Below are positions 19,101-27,303 of a DNA stretch of 64,000 bases, piece by piece. The notes under the pieces are model-generated. The model worked only from the letters and a program-made list of their open reading frames with translations, did not search any database and was not told where the DNA came from. The position numbers were made by a program, and so were the translations under genes. This DNA comes from an uncultured Erysipelotrichales bacterium. Lineage in GTDB: Bacteria > Bacillota_I > Bacilli_A > Erysipelotrichales > Coprobacillaceae. The stretch's first letter is position 1. Every line of letters begins with the position of its first letter. The DNA lies in contig CAYJPL010000006.1 in the NCBI GenBank assembly GCA_964372125.1, positions 15,466 through 79,465 of the forward strand, read 5' to 3'.

Positions 19101-20372
19101 GTAGTTACAGATACTAGAAACGATGCTACAGCAACAAGCCCGGATCAAGCTGATATTACAGTATTACCATATACAATTACATTTGTACCAGACGGCGGAA
19201 CGTTTACTGATATGACAACAGATAATAAGACAGATGTAACAACGAATGAAGATATTGTAACGAACACTGTTGATCAACCAACAAAAGATTCAGCGGTATT
19301 TGCAGGTTGGATAATTGAAGGCGTAGATGGTACATTTACATCTACAGAAATTCAAGAATATCCGTTTGACAGTGATAAAACAGTAACTGCACAGTGGGCT
19401 CAAGACGTTTTAGTAGATACTGACTCAGACCTTAATGGTGAATTGCCAGGAGATGGAATTGCTGATGTTTATCAAACAATAGTACATCATAAAATAATAA
19501 ACGGAACATGGACAGGTGATCAAATTACAACATCTGAAGTAGTAACGTTTAGAAATGACGATGGTAATGTATCTACGAATTTAATGACAGCTACAGCACA
19601 ATATACAGTACCAGATTCTAGTGCAAATAGTGGGTATCACGAAGGACAATGGAATGGTGATGAATCATTGGGAAGTATTAGATATACTACTAATGAAGTA
19701 ACTTTTGAATACGAGTATATACCAATCATTCCAGAAGTAACACAAGCAGTAACGGATCCTGGGAATATTCATCCAGATACAGATGCTGCGACAGTAAAAA
19801 AAGATACCGTGATAACATTAACTGCAACTGGTTCATCGAAAGGTGCAACAGCAGATGATCTTACATATCAATGGTATGAAAAAGATGCTCTAGGTAATTT
19901 AGTAGAAATACCTGATGCAACTGATATAGTGTATACTCCAAGTACAAATGAACCTGGAGACAAACAATATGTCGTAATTGTCACAGATACTAGAAATAAT
20001 CAAACTAGTACATCAGAATTCTCAACAATTACAGTGGTGATTGAGCATGATGTTATATTTGAAGAAAATGGCGGAAGTGAAGTTACAGATCAAAAATTAT
20101 ATCCGGAAGATGTAATCTTAGAACCAAATATTCCAAATAAAGATGGATATATTTTTGTAGGGTGGTATTTAGATCCAGAATTAACACAAAAATTCGATTT
20201 TAGTACACCGATGCCAAATGAAAATCTAACTTTATATGCTAAATATGAAGCCATACCTCCTGTACCAGAAACTGGTGATAATACGAAAGTATTGTTATGG
20301 GCGAGTATATTAGTAATAAGTAGTTTAGGTTATATCGTATTTAGAAAAGTAAGTAAATCTAAAAACGAATAA
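13185..20372 (+). CDS. giant (2395 aa) cell-wall-anchored surface protein with Listeria-Bacteroides (Flg_new) repeats and Ig-like modules
   Basis: Signal peptide MKNIRKLFSILLAVFIAMQPLWIASA. C-terminal sorting signal VPETG + hydrophobic stretch + RKVSKSKNE. Flg_new-type repeats (e.g. HDVIFEENGGSEV...DGYIFVGWYLD...LTLYAKY). RBS AAAGGAG. Confidence 0.85.
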   Translation: MKNIRKLFSILLAVFIAMQPLWIASAVEIESEPSIEVDITTVILEFQLDENTKNQKTIIDSNYEPILPKDITVITNVLDQNGKIDETKEGTTQEVEVIWNEKDSKTFLTSKAETYTYQALLVDETLQVQEGVELPTINIEVEEEEKNIEESTTLKDELEETITQIPEVKNTPTTQSEVEAIAINARGDIYFRSSDIPYAPVDDKSWSWDYVESKIPDTGSYSYALGVNFDPDLEPGAKRIIEVNIDPYNNGEYHALQIANAAFGSDYIDQDKSYYTSTKIYYVFDNDALNGAEAIMTFSLEISNKYNGGTTNYHIAEGTIASAIGYMLLNAPNADLGIKVQEYQQGTDVSALNEELVLEDSEVSLKHTIRRDNHGTQPIISEYSLVYESLSNNVTDKTITELWLGNDGHLYYNDPTTNLPIDSQSYGYAFRFTEEDHAPVGNFKWSLTMPEEIPIWYTTTSHIPYTLTINEENGSYSMIDIRNSLTMSNGYMSTGNVSATGYGEMLTGIKSTPTQMQFAFRSSGTGGYGIRGPLPLHQYTENGTYESEVITAEYDQVVPDTENGGYKIEHFTQEFGKMVIHVPEYVYEDRITMEASIPEKVNYDDPTGMEYNFSIFNNVLDADVNENIAPYFHNGGVMTMTFNDENFDPHTIKLDNEFGEFISYQVEYADGTFGPVRNVNGEFTVDAMPNLAGYDAINVRFNISEQGLVRDGYTVNYETGGFFTGEFTEPTGTNSIKVDVNFSSDGNGTNATPVSFDKEITWEYETGTDYLHLYQEFDNPTILVNDNKNYLTSHSNADLHLGAAIPEDAIESSVVYRNVDVNMFDTSLATDEEHAKQINAVLAQGGYSFTFDGTDKSIEYETLDEPDVKVWIEYTTYLEEEPRKQYLDTRTKDTYTITLEEGDYFTSIHFRADRLRLLGHDVTDAKFKEMEFDIVYFITDFKFNATRHSDVQKITTPNTIVIPAQIIADGLDDTWAPKTRTIVDVNNAKRLSANYDESGADRYNYISLTYTATLTPTTIVDINEPEKIIANVVPTATSTNGLLSSSGQMTINLPSSSGMRSDTHSDTVYYPEGTKAYLQLNTKVFKYIGKNERIEVEVIDGKTFLVYDLSGIQNHVNSFTIDNDDFWVTNNVESRIQTTIFLDSYFDIGPLLDTSNTLRPYYNYVPSATLQGYLYENPLNLESVAGPSDTVNRFVQMNVSTPTTIDIAASANIFLYPGIEDEVQQVESVDYNIHHAKSLMLGVDVGSTDTNYKNYHMVIELPRAGVSYKNASMTNAVISDESIYVRELSQNAVSLTGDLTKLTDENTPTIQFASTVSFDLTSSTSELTDLTLATNIQDARYVVVSFPEIPKNTFGSVEVALTGDFFDETEVDGIENHTLYDAANGATSYANVQARFEYNEEGGTEGVYLLGSGYSVSPAKYIFKHVVLSGKVFEEDIINYPDGILNNGDTQYHHTNIIIKNLNQLDVEGSPVQMEVIAGPDGTGYQIILPPIKTEDGDPAPYNLYLDLDAMGKTGTHTLTKNASDSLNVENNNNAPRFAPGDTPVGIPIYTDEYGYTSIRSAIPTVPLVTDFELENGYVDFGVYKNPTVTITPARVTMPEGLTSTVNVTISGVGTIVGDGYTPVDGGEYVDVTSELSGDKKTATVTLTGKKPTLAVDDTNIYLEANTKILNYFGEEIEGPTSEYLVYEGISVTFHPFDKDDNTIIGTWNDGTTDPSKRVLLNPIDGEFDRGTISNVNVPLITAPMDLENNHVFEGWQLEDGTKIYFDASQQELPADANLYPIFSIDEITDPNNDLNGPLPGDGIADVFQTYVIHEVTNGTWNDEVDTPDTTTQVVTFIKDRQPSIEGVGYYTVPESTPTHGYTNGRWDGTTSTGEIRYNPEVVTYRYEYAPIVPTVSITVEGNLPENDIKEVYKNEDVTLIAIGVSEGASITDLTYQWQELGPDNVWRDILGETNVTFDPPTDTLGTKNYKVVVTDTRNDATATSPDQADITVLPYTITFVPDGGTFTDMTTDNKTDVTTNEDIVTNTVDQPTKDSAVFAGWIIEGVDGTFTSTEIQEYPFDSDKTVTAQWAQDVLVDTDSDLNGELPGDGIADVYQTIVHHKIINGTWTGDQITTSEVVTFRNDDGNVSTNLMTATAQYTVPDSSANSGYHEGQWNGDESLGSIRYTTNEVTFEYEYIPIIPEVTQAVTDPGNIHPDTDAATVKKDTVITLTATGSSKGATADDLTYQWYEKDALGNLVEIPDATDIVYTPSTNEPGDKQYVVIVTDTRNNQTSTSEFSTITVVIEHDVIFEENGGSEVTDQKLYPEDVILEPNIPNKDGYIFVGWYLDPELTQKFDFSTPMPNENLTLYAKYEAIPPVPETGDNTKVLLWASILVISSLGYIVFRKVSKSKNE
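18552..20250 (+). repeat. internal tandem duplication of a ~288-aa three-module unit within the giant gene
   Basis: Unit 1 starts with DPNNDLNGPLPGDGIADVFQ (18552) and unit 2 with DTDSDLNGELPGDGIADVYQ (19416), a period of 864 nt. Each unit contains an NGTW module, an Ig-like DLTYQW module and a Flg_new repeat. The units are diverged, roughly half identical by eye. Confidence 0.75.
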
Positions 20373-20394
20373 TTAAAGTAGTAAATATTTATGT

Positions 20395-20433
20395 AAAGGC
20401 ATGGAAGGGCAGCAAAGCTTCTATGCCTTTATT
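20395..20433 (+). terminator. rho-independent terminator after the giant gene
   Basis: AAAGGCATGGAAG / CTTCTATGCCTTT 13-bp stem (one G-U pair) followed by a T-rich tail. Confidence 0.65.
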
Positions 20434-20509
20434 AATTGATAAAACATTTAAAAATATAACTTCTAAAATGTAACCGCTTATATTATAATAAAGTATAGGA
20501 GGAAAATTT

Positions 20510-21121
20510 ATGGCAAAAGAAATATACGACCCATGGTCAAAAATTAAAACAAAAAATGGATACGCAGCTGAAGAAGTAATTTCATCTCTGCAAAAAAGTA
20601 TCCGTAAAAGTGATGAAGAACTGGCATGCAGATTTGCATTTGAACTATATATATCATCACCACAATTATTAGAAAAAATGTGGCGAAGACTCTTGGTGAT
20701 TTCGGTAGAAGATATCGGAATGGGAGAACCTAATGCACCAATACTTGTAAACAACTTATTTAAGATGGCAAAAGAATATGAATACGGAGATGGTGATCAA
20801 CCAATGTATTTTGTACACGCAATTCGTTATCTATGTCAATGTAAAAAAGATCGTTCAAGTGATTTACTAAAAAATATTGTAATCAAAACTACAGCACAAG
20901 GTGAACATCCTGAAATACTTGATGTAGCGTTAGATAAGCATACTCCAAGGGGACGTGCAATGGGACGAGACTCATTCCATTTCTTCCATGAAGGTGCTAA
21001 GGTAACACCAGAATTAGAAGTGGACAATGATTATAAAGAAAGATATCTAAAAATATTAGAAGAATTTGATGCAAGCAAAACTGAGGATACTACATTTGTA
21101 TTCAATAGCTGGCAATTCTAA
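20510..21121 (+). CDS. stand-alone MgsA/RarA C-terminal-domain (MgsA_C-like) protein with no AAA+ module
   Basis: SSLQKSIRKSDEELACRFAFEL, WRRLLVISVEDIGMGEPNA and HAIRYLCQCKKDRSS resemble the RarA/MgsA C-terminal motifs (KSxRGSD, RRLxxxAxEDIGxAxP, YLAxAPKSN). Strong RBS AGGAGG. The gene has its own terminators on both sides. Confidence 0.6.
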   Translation: MAKEIYDPWSKIKTKNGYAAEEVISSLQKSIRKSDEELACRFAFELYISSPQLLEKMWRRLLVISVEDIGMGEPNAPILVNNLFKMAKEYEYGDGDQPMYFVHAIRYLCQCKKDRSSDLLKNIVIKTTAQGEHPEILDVALDKHTPRGRAMGRDSFHFFHEGAKVTPELEVDNDYKERYLKILEEFDASKTEDTTFVFNSWQF

Positions 21122-21131
21122 AAAACATACG

Positions 21132-21162
21132 AAACACTTTACAAAATTGTAGAGTGTTTTTT
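21132..21162 (+). terminator. rho-independent terminator
   Basis: AAACACTTTACAA / TTGTAGAGTGTTT stem followed by a T-run. Confidence 0.75.
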
Positions 21163-21208
21163 ATATTTTTGATATAATAGAACAAGAATATTTGTAGGGG
21201 GAAGTTCA

Positions 21209-22051
21209 ATGATAATCGATGGAAAAAAAATAGCACAGGAAATTAAAGAAGAACAAAAGCAACAAATAGTAGATATCAAAAACAAATTTGGAAAAGTACC
21301 GACACTAACTGTAATTTTAGTTGGAGAAAATGCAGCTAGCCAAACCTATGTAAAAAACAAAGACTTAGGATGTAAATTTGTAGGCATGAACTCTAATATC
21401 ATAAAAAAAGATGTGAATATTACACAAGAAGAGTTAGTTACAACAATTCTGGAATTAAATAATGATGATAATATAGATGGCATATTAGTACAGTTACCTT
21501 TGCCAAAACATATTGATGAAGAAGCTATACTACAAACAATTTGTCCAAGTAAAGATGTTGATGGGTTTCATCCAGAAAATATTGCGAAACTATTCTTATC
21601 AATGCCAGGTCAAGTACCATGTACTCCAAAAGGAATGATGGTACTATTGGATAAAATTAATTGTGATTTGACTGGTAAACATGTAGTAGTGGTTGGAAGA
21701 AGTAACATTGTTGGAAAACCAGTTGCCTTACTTTGTTTACAAAGAAATGCGACAGTCACAATTGCACACTCTAAAACAGAGAACTTAAAAGAAGTATGTA
21801 AACAAGCAGATGTTTTAATAGTGGCAGTGGGAGTTCCAAAATTTATTAACGATGAGTATATAAAAGATGGAGCAATTGTATTAGATGTAGGAATCAACCG
21901 TGATGAAAATAATAAGCTATGTGGTGATGTAGACTTTAATTCAGTTGAAAATAAAGTATCAGCAATCACACCTGTTCCAGGTGGAATAGGCCCAATGACT
22001 ATTACAATGTTATTGGATAATACAATTGAAGCATTTTTAAAAAGAAATTAA
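21209..22051 (+). CDS. folD: bifunctional methylenetetrahydrofolate dehydrogenase/cyclohydrolase
   Basis: 280 aa; ASQTYVKNK, VQLPLP, GRSNIVGKP and PGGIGPMT motifs. Confidence 0.93.
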   Translation: MIIDGKKIAQEIKEEQKQQIVDIKNKFGKVPTLTVILVGENAASQTYVKNKDLGCKFVGMNSNIIKKDVNITQEELVTTILELNNDDNIDGILVQLPLPKHIDEEAILQTICPSKDVDGFHPENIAKLFLSMPGQVPCTPKGMMVLLDKINCDLTGKHVVVVGRSNIVGKPVALLCLQRNATVTIAHSKTENLKEVCKQADVLIVAVGVPKFINDEYIKDGAIVLDVGINRDENNKLCGDVDFNSVENKVSAITPVPGGIGPMTITMLLDNTIEAFLKRN

Positions 22052-22062
22052 TAGGAGGCACT

Positions 22063-22257
22063 ATGGAATATAATTTAAATGATATTGTTGAGATGAAAAA
22101 AGCTCATCCGTGTAAAAAATCAAAACATTGGAAAATTATTAGAATGGGTGCAGACATTAAAATTAAATGTTTAGGATGCGATGCAATAATTATGTTCAAT
22201 CGTAGAGATTTTGAAAAAAGACTTAAGAAAATAATAGAAAAAGCAAACCAAGAATAA
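22063..22257 (+). CDS. DUF951 family small protein
   Basis: A 64-aa protein with the pattern KKAHPCKKSKHWKIIRMGADIKIKCLGCD, typical of the origin-proximal DUF951 family (yyzM-like). Confidence 0.7.
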   Translation: MEYNLNDIVEMKKAHPCKKSKHWKIIRMGADIKIKCLGCDAIIMFNRRDFEKRLKKIIEKANQE

Positions 22258-22276
22258 ATGGTACCAATACGTATAT

Positions 22277-22310
22277 TATAAAACAGTGATTTGATAGTCA
22301 CTGTTTTATA
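22277..22310 (+). terminator. hairpin terminator
   Basis: Perfect 13-bp stem TATAAAACAGTGA / TCACTGTTTTATA with an 8-nt loop. Confidence 0.65.
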
Positions 22311-22397
22311 ATGTGTAAAAGTAAGACATGCACTTTTATAGTTTTCTTACATCATAGTGAAAAATATGATAAAATAGGGTAGAAATGAGGTACATAT

Positions 22398-24569
22398 ATG
22401 AAAACATTAGTATTAGCAGAAAAACCATCAGTTGGTAAAGATATCGCAAAAGTACTGCGTTGTAATAAACAATTAAACGGAGCATTAGAAGGAGAAAAGT
22501 ATATTGTTACATGGGCATTAGGACATTTAGTAACACTAGCAGATCCAGAAGCATATGATAAAAGCTATAAAACATGGGATATGCAAGATTTGCCAATTAT
22601 GCCAGAAAAAGTATCTTTAGTTGTTATCAAACAAACATCAAAGCAATATAATGCTGTCAAAACACAATTGCTTAGAAAAGATGTCAAGGATATTATTATC
22701 GCAACGGATGCAGGACGTGAAGGTGAACTTGTAGCTAGATGGATTCTAGAAAAAGTACGTGTAAAAAAACCACTAAAGAGATTATGGATTTCATCAGTTA
22801 CTAATAAGGCAATCAATGAGGGATTTAATCATTTAAAAAATGCCAATGAGTACTATTCACTATACCAAAGTGCGTACAGTAGAAGTATTGCTGACTGGTT
22901 TGTGGGAATTAATGCAACAAGAGCACTTACATGTAAATATAATGCTAAGTTATCATGTGGTAGAGTACAAACTCCTACACTTGCGATGGTTGATAAACTT
23001 GAAAAAGATATTGCTAGTTTTATTCCTAAAGAATATTATGGAATGAAAGTTAAAGCGGATGATATTACATGGACATGGAAATCAAGTAAAAATGAAACAT
23101 CGGTATTCAATGAAGAAATTATTTCCAAGGCAATAAGTGAAATAGGAAGTGATGCACTGACAATACAAGATATATCTAAAACAGATAAAAAAACCTTTGC
23201 ACCGCAATTATATGATTTAACAGAATTACAGCGTGATGCAAGTAAACTTTTTGGCTACTCACCAAAAGAGACATTAGACATTATGCAAGGGTTATATGAA
23301 TATCATAAAGTATTAACGTATCCAAGAACAGATTCAAGATATCTAACAGATGATATTGTACCAACATTAAAGGAACGCTTGGATGCTTGTCTTGGTGGAG
23401 ATTATGATGTGGCTATCAATAAAATATGTAAGAATCCCATAAAGAAACAAGCTCACTTTGTAAATAATGCTAAGGTGAGTGATCACCATGCAATAATTCC
23501 CACAGAAGAACCTGCGATGTTTGGAGCATTCAATGTAAGTGAAGCAAGAATATATGACTTAGTAGTAAAAAGATTTTTAGCAGTTCTATTACCACCATAT
23601 CAATATCAACAAACAACAATTCAAGCAACAATTAATAAGCATCAATTCACTGCTAAAGGAAAAGTTGAGAAAGATATTGGATGGAAAGAGGTATACGGAA
23701 AAATAGCTGAAGACAGCCAAGATGACCAAGTTTTACCAATACTTACGAAGAATCAAAAGTTATCTGTAAGTCAGATCGATAAAACATCTGGTAAGACTAC
23801 GCCACCAGCTTATTTTACTGAGGCAACGCTTTTATCAGCTATGGAAAATCCTACTAGATTCATGGAAAACACTACAAAACAACTAAGTGAAACCATTAAA
23901 GAAACGGGTGGCTTAGGAACTGTTGCGACAAGGGCTGATATTATTGAAAAATTGTTTAATAGTTTTCTTATTGAAAAACGAGGAAGCAATATCCATATAA
24001 CCCAAAAAGGTAGACAACTACTTTCACTTGTACCAAATGACTTACGTCATCCAGAATTAACTGGTAAATGGGAGATGCAATTATCAAAGATTGCAAAAGG
24101 AAAATTACAATCAAGTAGCTTTGTTAAAGAGATAAAAGAGTACACAAAAACGATTGTAGATGAAATAAAAGACAGCCAGGCAGTATTTAAACATGATAAT
24201 TTGACTAGTAAAAAATGCCCTGAATGCCAAAATTTCATGTTAGAAGTAAATGGTAAAAAAGGAAAAATGTTAGTTTGTTCAAATAGAGATTGTACTCATA
24301 GAGAGACGATTTCTCTAATCACAAATGCTAGATGTCCAAATTGTCATAAAAAGCTAGAATTAGTAGGTCCTAAAGAAAAACAAATGTTTATATGTAAAAC
24401 ATGTGGACATCGACAAGGAATGGAAGCATTTAAAAAAGAAAGAGAAACAAAAAAGAATAATGCAAATAAATCGGATGTAAAAAAATACATGAAACAACAA
24501 CAAAATACAAAAAATAATGTCGAAGATTCACCATTTGCAGCACTACTTGCATTGAAGAAAGACTTATAA
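22398..24569 (+). CDS. topB: DNA topoisomerase III (type IA) with C-terminal zinc ribbons
   Basis: TOPRIM N-terminus (LVLAEKPSVGKDIA), active-site region LTYPRTDSRY, and two CxxC...CxxC fingers near the C-terminus. Confidence 0.88.
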   Translation: MKTLVLAEKPSVGKDIAKVLRCNKQLNGALEGEKYIVTWALGHLVTLADPEAYDKSYKTWDMQDLPIMPEKVSLVVIKQTSKQYNAVKTQLLRKDVKDIIIATDAGREGELVARWILEKVRVKKPLKRLWISSVTNKAINEGFNHLKNANEYYSLYQSAYSRSIADWFVGINATRALTCKYNAKLSCGRVQTPTLAMVDKLEKDIASFIPKEYYGMKVKADDITWTWKSSKNETSVFNEEIISKAISEIGSDALTIQDISKTDKKTFAPQLYDLTELQRDASKLFGYSPKETLDIMQGLYEYHKVLTYPRTDSRYLTDDIVPTLKERLDACLGGDYDVAINKICKNPIKKQAHFVNNAKVSDHHAIIPTEEPAMFGAFNVSEARIYDLVVKRFLAVLLPPYQYQQTTIQATINKHQFTAKGKVEKDIGWKEVYGKIAEDSQDDQVLPILTKNQKLSVSQIDKTSGKTTPPAYFTEATLLSAMENPTRFMENTTKQLSETIKETGGLGTVATRADIIEKLFNSFLIEKRGSNIHITQKGRQLLSLVPNDLRHPELTGKWEMQLSKIAKGKLQSSSFVKEIKEYTKTIVDEIKDSQAVFKHDNLTSKKCPECQNFMLEVNGKKGKMLVCSNRDCTHRETISLITNARCPNCHKKLELVGPKEKQMFICKTCGHRQGMEAFKKERETKKNNANKSDVKKYMKQQQNTKNNVEDSPFAALLALKKDL

Positions 24570-24759
24570 TTGCTAAAAATAACGATATGTAGAAAAGGGG
24601 ATGTGGTCTTTAATAGAGGGATATTCCTTTTTTTTATTCATATGTATTTACTGAAATTTACATGTGCATAAATGAAATTTTGTATAATGTAAGCACTTAA
24701 ATATAGATAAAAGCGTTTTTATGTGCTAAAATATACAAAATGATTACATAAAGGAGGAT

Positions 24760-25752
24760 ATGATGGTAACAATCAATGATGTTGCAAGAAAAGCAGGTGT
24801 TTCAGTTTCAACAGTATCGAGGGTACTTAGAGATTATCCAAATATTAGTGCAATGACAAAACAAAAAGTACTTGATGCAGTTGAGGAGCTAAACTATGTG
24901 CCAAATGCTATTGCCTCTGCATTATCCTCAAAAAAATTTGATAGAGTTGCAATTTGGGTTAACGTAAATGACTCACGACAAGCAATTGACGAAATTAATA
25001 TGCAATATATTTTTGGAGCTTTCTCCAAGGCTCAAGAAATTAATATGAATTTATTTCCAGTATTTTCACAAATGTTGGGCGAGGCTAGTACTAGTGAATT
25101 AATACGTTACTTTAAATCAGAAGGAATTACTGGAATTATTATTTATGGGCTAAATAAACATAATCAAAATTTAATTGATTTAATTGACAAGAAAATATTT
25201 AAAATTGTTGTCGTCGATGCACCAAATGTTAATGAGAACACTTCATCTGTAACGGTTAATCATTATACTGGACAATATGAGGTGGCAAAAAAATTAATAA
25301 AAGACCACAAACATAAAGAATTACTTTACCTTGCCGGTAAAGAAGATGGGTATGTTACAGATATGCGTTTAGAAGGAATGAAAAGGTTACAACAGGAAGC
25401 AAAATTCAATATGAATGTTCAATATGCAGATTTTAGTGAAAAAAAAGCTAGAGAATTTACTTTTAAGTATGGCGAAAAATCAAATGTGATTGTATGTGCT
25501 TCGGACTTAATGGCTATTGGAGCTAAAAATGCACTTAAAGAAATGAATATATTCAGACCTGTTTGTGGCTATGATGGAATTACATTAATGGGTTATGATG
25601 GTGAAGGTATGTATACCGTGAAGCAAGACTTTAAATATGTATCCCAGGCAGCAATATACGAAATGCATCAACTTTTAAATGAAGGCATCGGAAGAAGCGT
25701 TTTATTGGATTTTGAAATCACGCAGTTACATTATGAAGATATTATTGTTTAA
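24760..25752 (+). CDS. LacI-family transcriptional regulator (candidate maltodextrin repressor, MalR-like)
   Basis: N-terminal HTH VTINDVARKAGVSVSTVSRVL plus a periplasmic-binding-protein-like core. The MalR assignment is an inference from nearby operators. Confidence 0.8.
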   Translation: MMVTINDVARKAGVSVSTVSRVLRDYPNISAMTKQKVLDAVEELNYVPNAIASALSSKKFDRVAIWVNVNDSRQAIDEINMQYIFGAFSKAQEINMNLFPVFSQMLGEASTSELIRYFKSEGITGIIIYGLNKHNQNLIDLIDKKIFKIVVVDAPNVNENTSSVTVNHYTGQYEVAKKLIKDHKHKELLYLAGKEDGYVTDMRLEGMKRLQQEAKFNMNVQYADFSEKKAREFTFKYGEKSNVIVCASDLMAIGAKNALKEMNIFRPVCGYDGITLMGYDGEGMYTVKQDFKYVSQAAIYEMHQLLNEGIGRSVLLDFEITQLHYEDIIV

Positions 25753-25785
25753 AAAAAAGATTGTCTCTGTAGAGGCAATCTTTTT
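25751..25785. terminator. bidirectional terminator between the convergent LacI and MATE genes
   Basis: AAAAAGATTGTCTCT / AGAGGCAATCTTTTT stem flanked by an A-run and a T-run. Confidence 0.7.
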
Positions 25786-27139
25786 ATACATTACTATTAT
25801 AGGTGAGTTGTAATTTTTTATTTTTCCTGATGTATCCCAGGTAACGAAGTGTAAATAGTGTTGAGGCAACAATCCACGCCAGTGGTGAAGACAAACATAA
25901 GCCAGTAAACCCTAGTGATACAGGCAAGAATGTAGCGACTATAAAACGTACTACTAGCTCAATAATACTAACGATTAAACAATACATTGTGATACCTAGT
26001 CCTTGTAAAGCTTGGCGAATAATAAATAGTACAGACAGAAAGAATAAAAAGGGCATTAGGTAGGATACATATTGATTTGCGAGTTTAACAATCTCGGTAT
26101 TTCCTGGGTCAGTAAATAAAAGTATAAAGCTATTTTTAAATGTTAAGCAAACAAATGTAGTTGCAATTGCAAGAATACCAGAAAGTAACAATGACTGATT
26201 CGTTCCTAAAATAATACGATCAAATCTCTTAGCACCAATATTATGAGCACAATATGTTGATACAGCTGCTCCAATAGCAGGGAAAATTAATGTAGCAAAC
26301 TGCTCTATTTTATTAACAATAGAAATTGCGGCAATTGCGGAAGTTCCAAACTCATTAATAGCACTTTGAACTGCTACAAAACCAATAGATATAACGGAAA
26401 ACTGAAATGCCATTGGAAGAGAAGTCTTTAAATGTAATGCATACTCTTTTTTATCAAAAATGAAATCACTTTTAGTAATATGTAAAAGAGGCTGTTTTTT
26501 GACAATATAAATAATGCAAAGTACTGCTGAAATTGCTTGGGCTAGAACAGTAGCCAGTGCAACTCCTGAAACTCCCATTGGAATTATAATGGTAAAAAGT
26601 AAATCAAAAATAATGTTTAAAATTGATGAAACAATCAAAAAATATAGCGGAGTTCTACTATCTCCTAATGAACGAATAATATTTGCGCCAGCATTGTACG
26701 TAGTGCTTGTAATCGCACCTAAATAAATAATTAATACATAATTATAGGCTAAATCAATAATTTCAGCTGGTGTATTGATTAGTAGCAGTAAGGGTCTTGT
26801 CGCAAAGATACCTATTAGCATAAAAAATATTGTTGTAATAACACTAATTACAATACTTGTTGCAAACGATTTTTTCAGTCCTGAATAGTCTTTAGCACCA
26901 TATCTTTGACTACTTATAACACTACAACCAGTAGTAATACCTCCTGCAAAGCCAAGAATAAGAAATACCAACGAACCGACACTACCTACGGCAGCTAAAG
27001 CCTCGGGACTTACAAAACGTCCAACTACTATACTGTCTACTACGTTATATAATAATTGGAATATGCTACCAATAAATATGGGTAATGAAAAAACTAAAAT
27101 TTTTTTAATTGGTGAACCCATTGTAAAATCGATATTCAT
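25784..27139 (-). CDS. MATE family efflux transporter
   Basis: 451 aa, a 12-TM pattern, and an N-terminus (PIKKILVFSLPIFIGSIFQLLYNVVDSIVVGRF) typical of MATE. Confidence 0.85.
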   Translation of the reverse strand: MNIDFTMGSPIKKILVFSLPIFIGSIFQLLYNVVDSIVVGRFVSPEALAAVGSVGSLVFLILGFAGGITTGCSVISSQRYGAKDYSGLKKSFATSIVISVITTIFFMLIGIFATRPLLLLINTPAEIIDLAYNYVLIIYLGAITSTTYNAGANIIRSLGDSRTPLYFLIVSSILNIIFDLLFTIIIPMGVSGVALATVLAQAISAVLCIIYIVKKQPLLHITKSDFIFDKKEYALHLKTSLPMAFQFSVISIGFVAVQSAINEFGTSAIAAISIVNKIEQFATLIFPAIGAAVSTYCAHNIGAKRFDRIILGTNQSLLLSGILAIATTFVCLTFKNSFILLFTDPGNTEIVKLANQYVSYLMPFLFFLSVLFIIRQALQGLGITMYCLIVSIIELVVRFIVATFLPVSLGFTGLCLSSPLAWIVASTLFTLRYLGYIRKNKKLQLTYNSNV

Positions 27140-27236
27140 AAATTACCCCTCTCAATAATTTTGTTACTTTATTATAACAAAGCAAATTCAAATAACAATA
27201 TGAAACACGTGTATTTGAGTAATTTGAAAGAAATAT

Positions 27237-27265
27237 TTGAAAACGTTTTCCGTGGATGGTAAAAT
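27237..27265 (+). promoter_or_regulatory. candidate promoter of the CE4 deacetylase gene
   Basis: TTGAAA, a 17-nt spacer, then an extended -10 TGGTAAAAT. Confidence 0.5.
27238..27251. promoter_or_regulatory. LacI-type operator / cre-like palindrome
   Basis: TGAAAACGTTTTCC, containing the perfect 12-bp palindrome GAAAACGTTTTC; it overlaps the -35. Confidence 0.5.
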
Positions 27266-27303
27266 AAATACAAATTAATAGGAGAAAGAAGATAAATAAT
27301 ATC

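Noticed and set aside
27202-27216. parS-like element GAAACACGTGTATTT with a CACGTG core.
   Set aside because: The arms flanking CACGTG do not match the Firmicute parS consensus TGTTNCACGTGAAACA (the orientation of the A/T-rich arms is wrong). I also found no parS inside parB, so no parS is called in this window.
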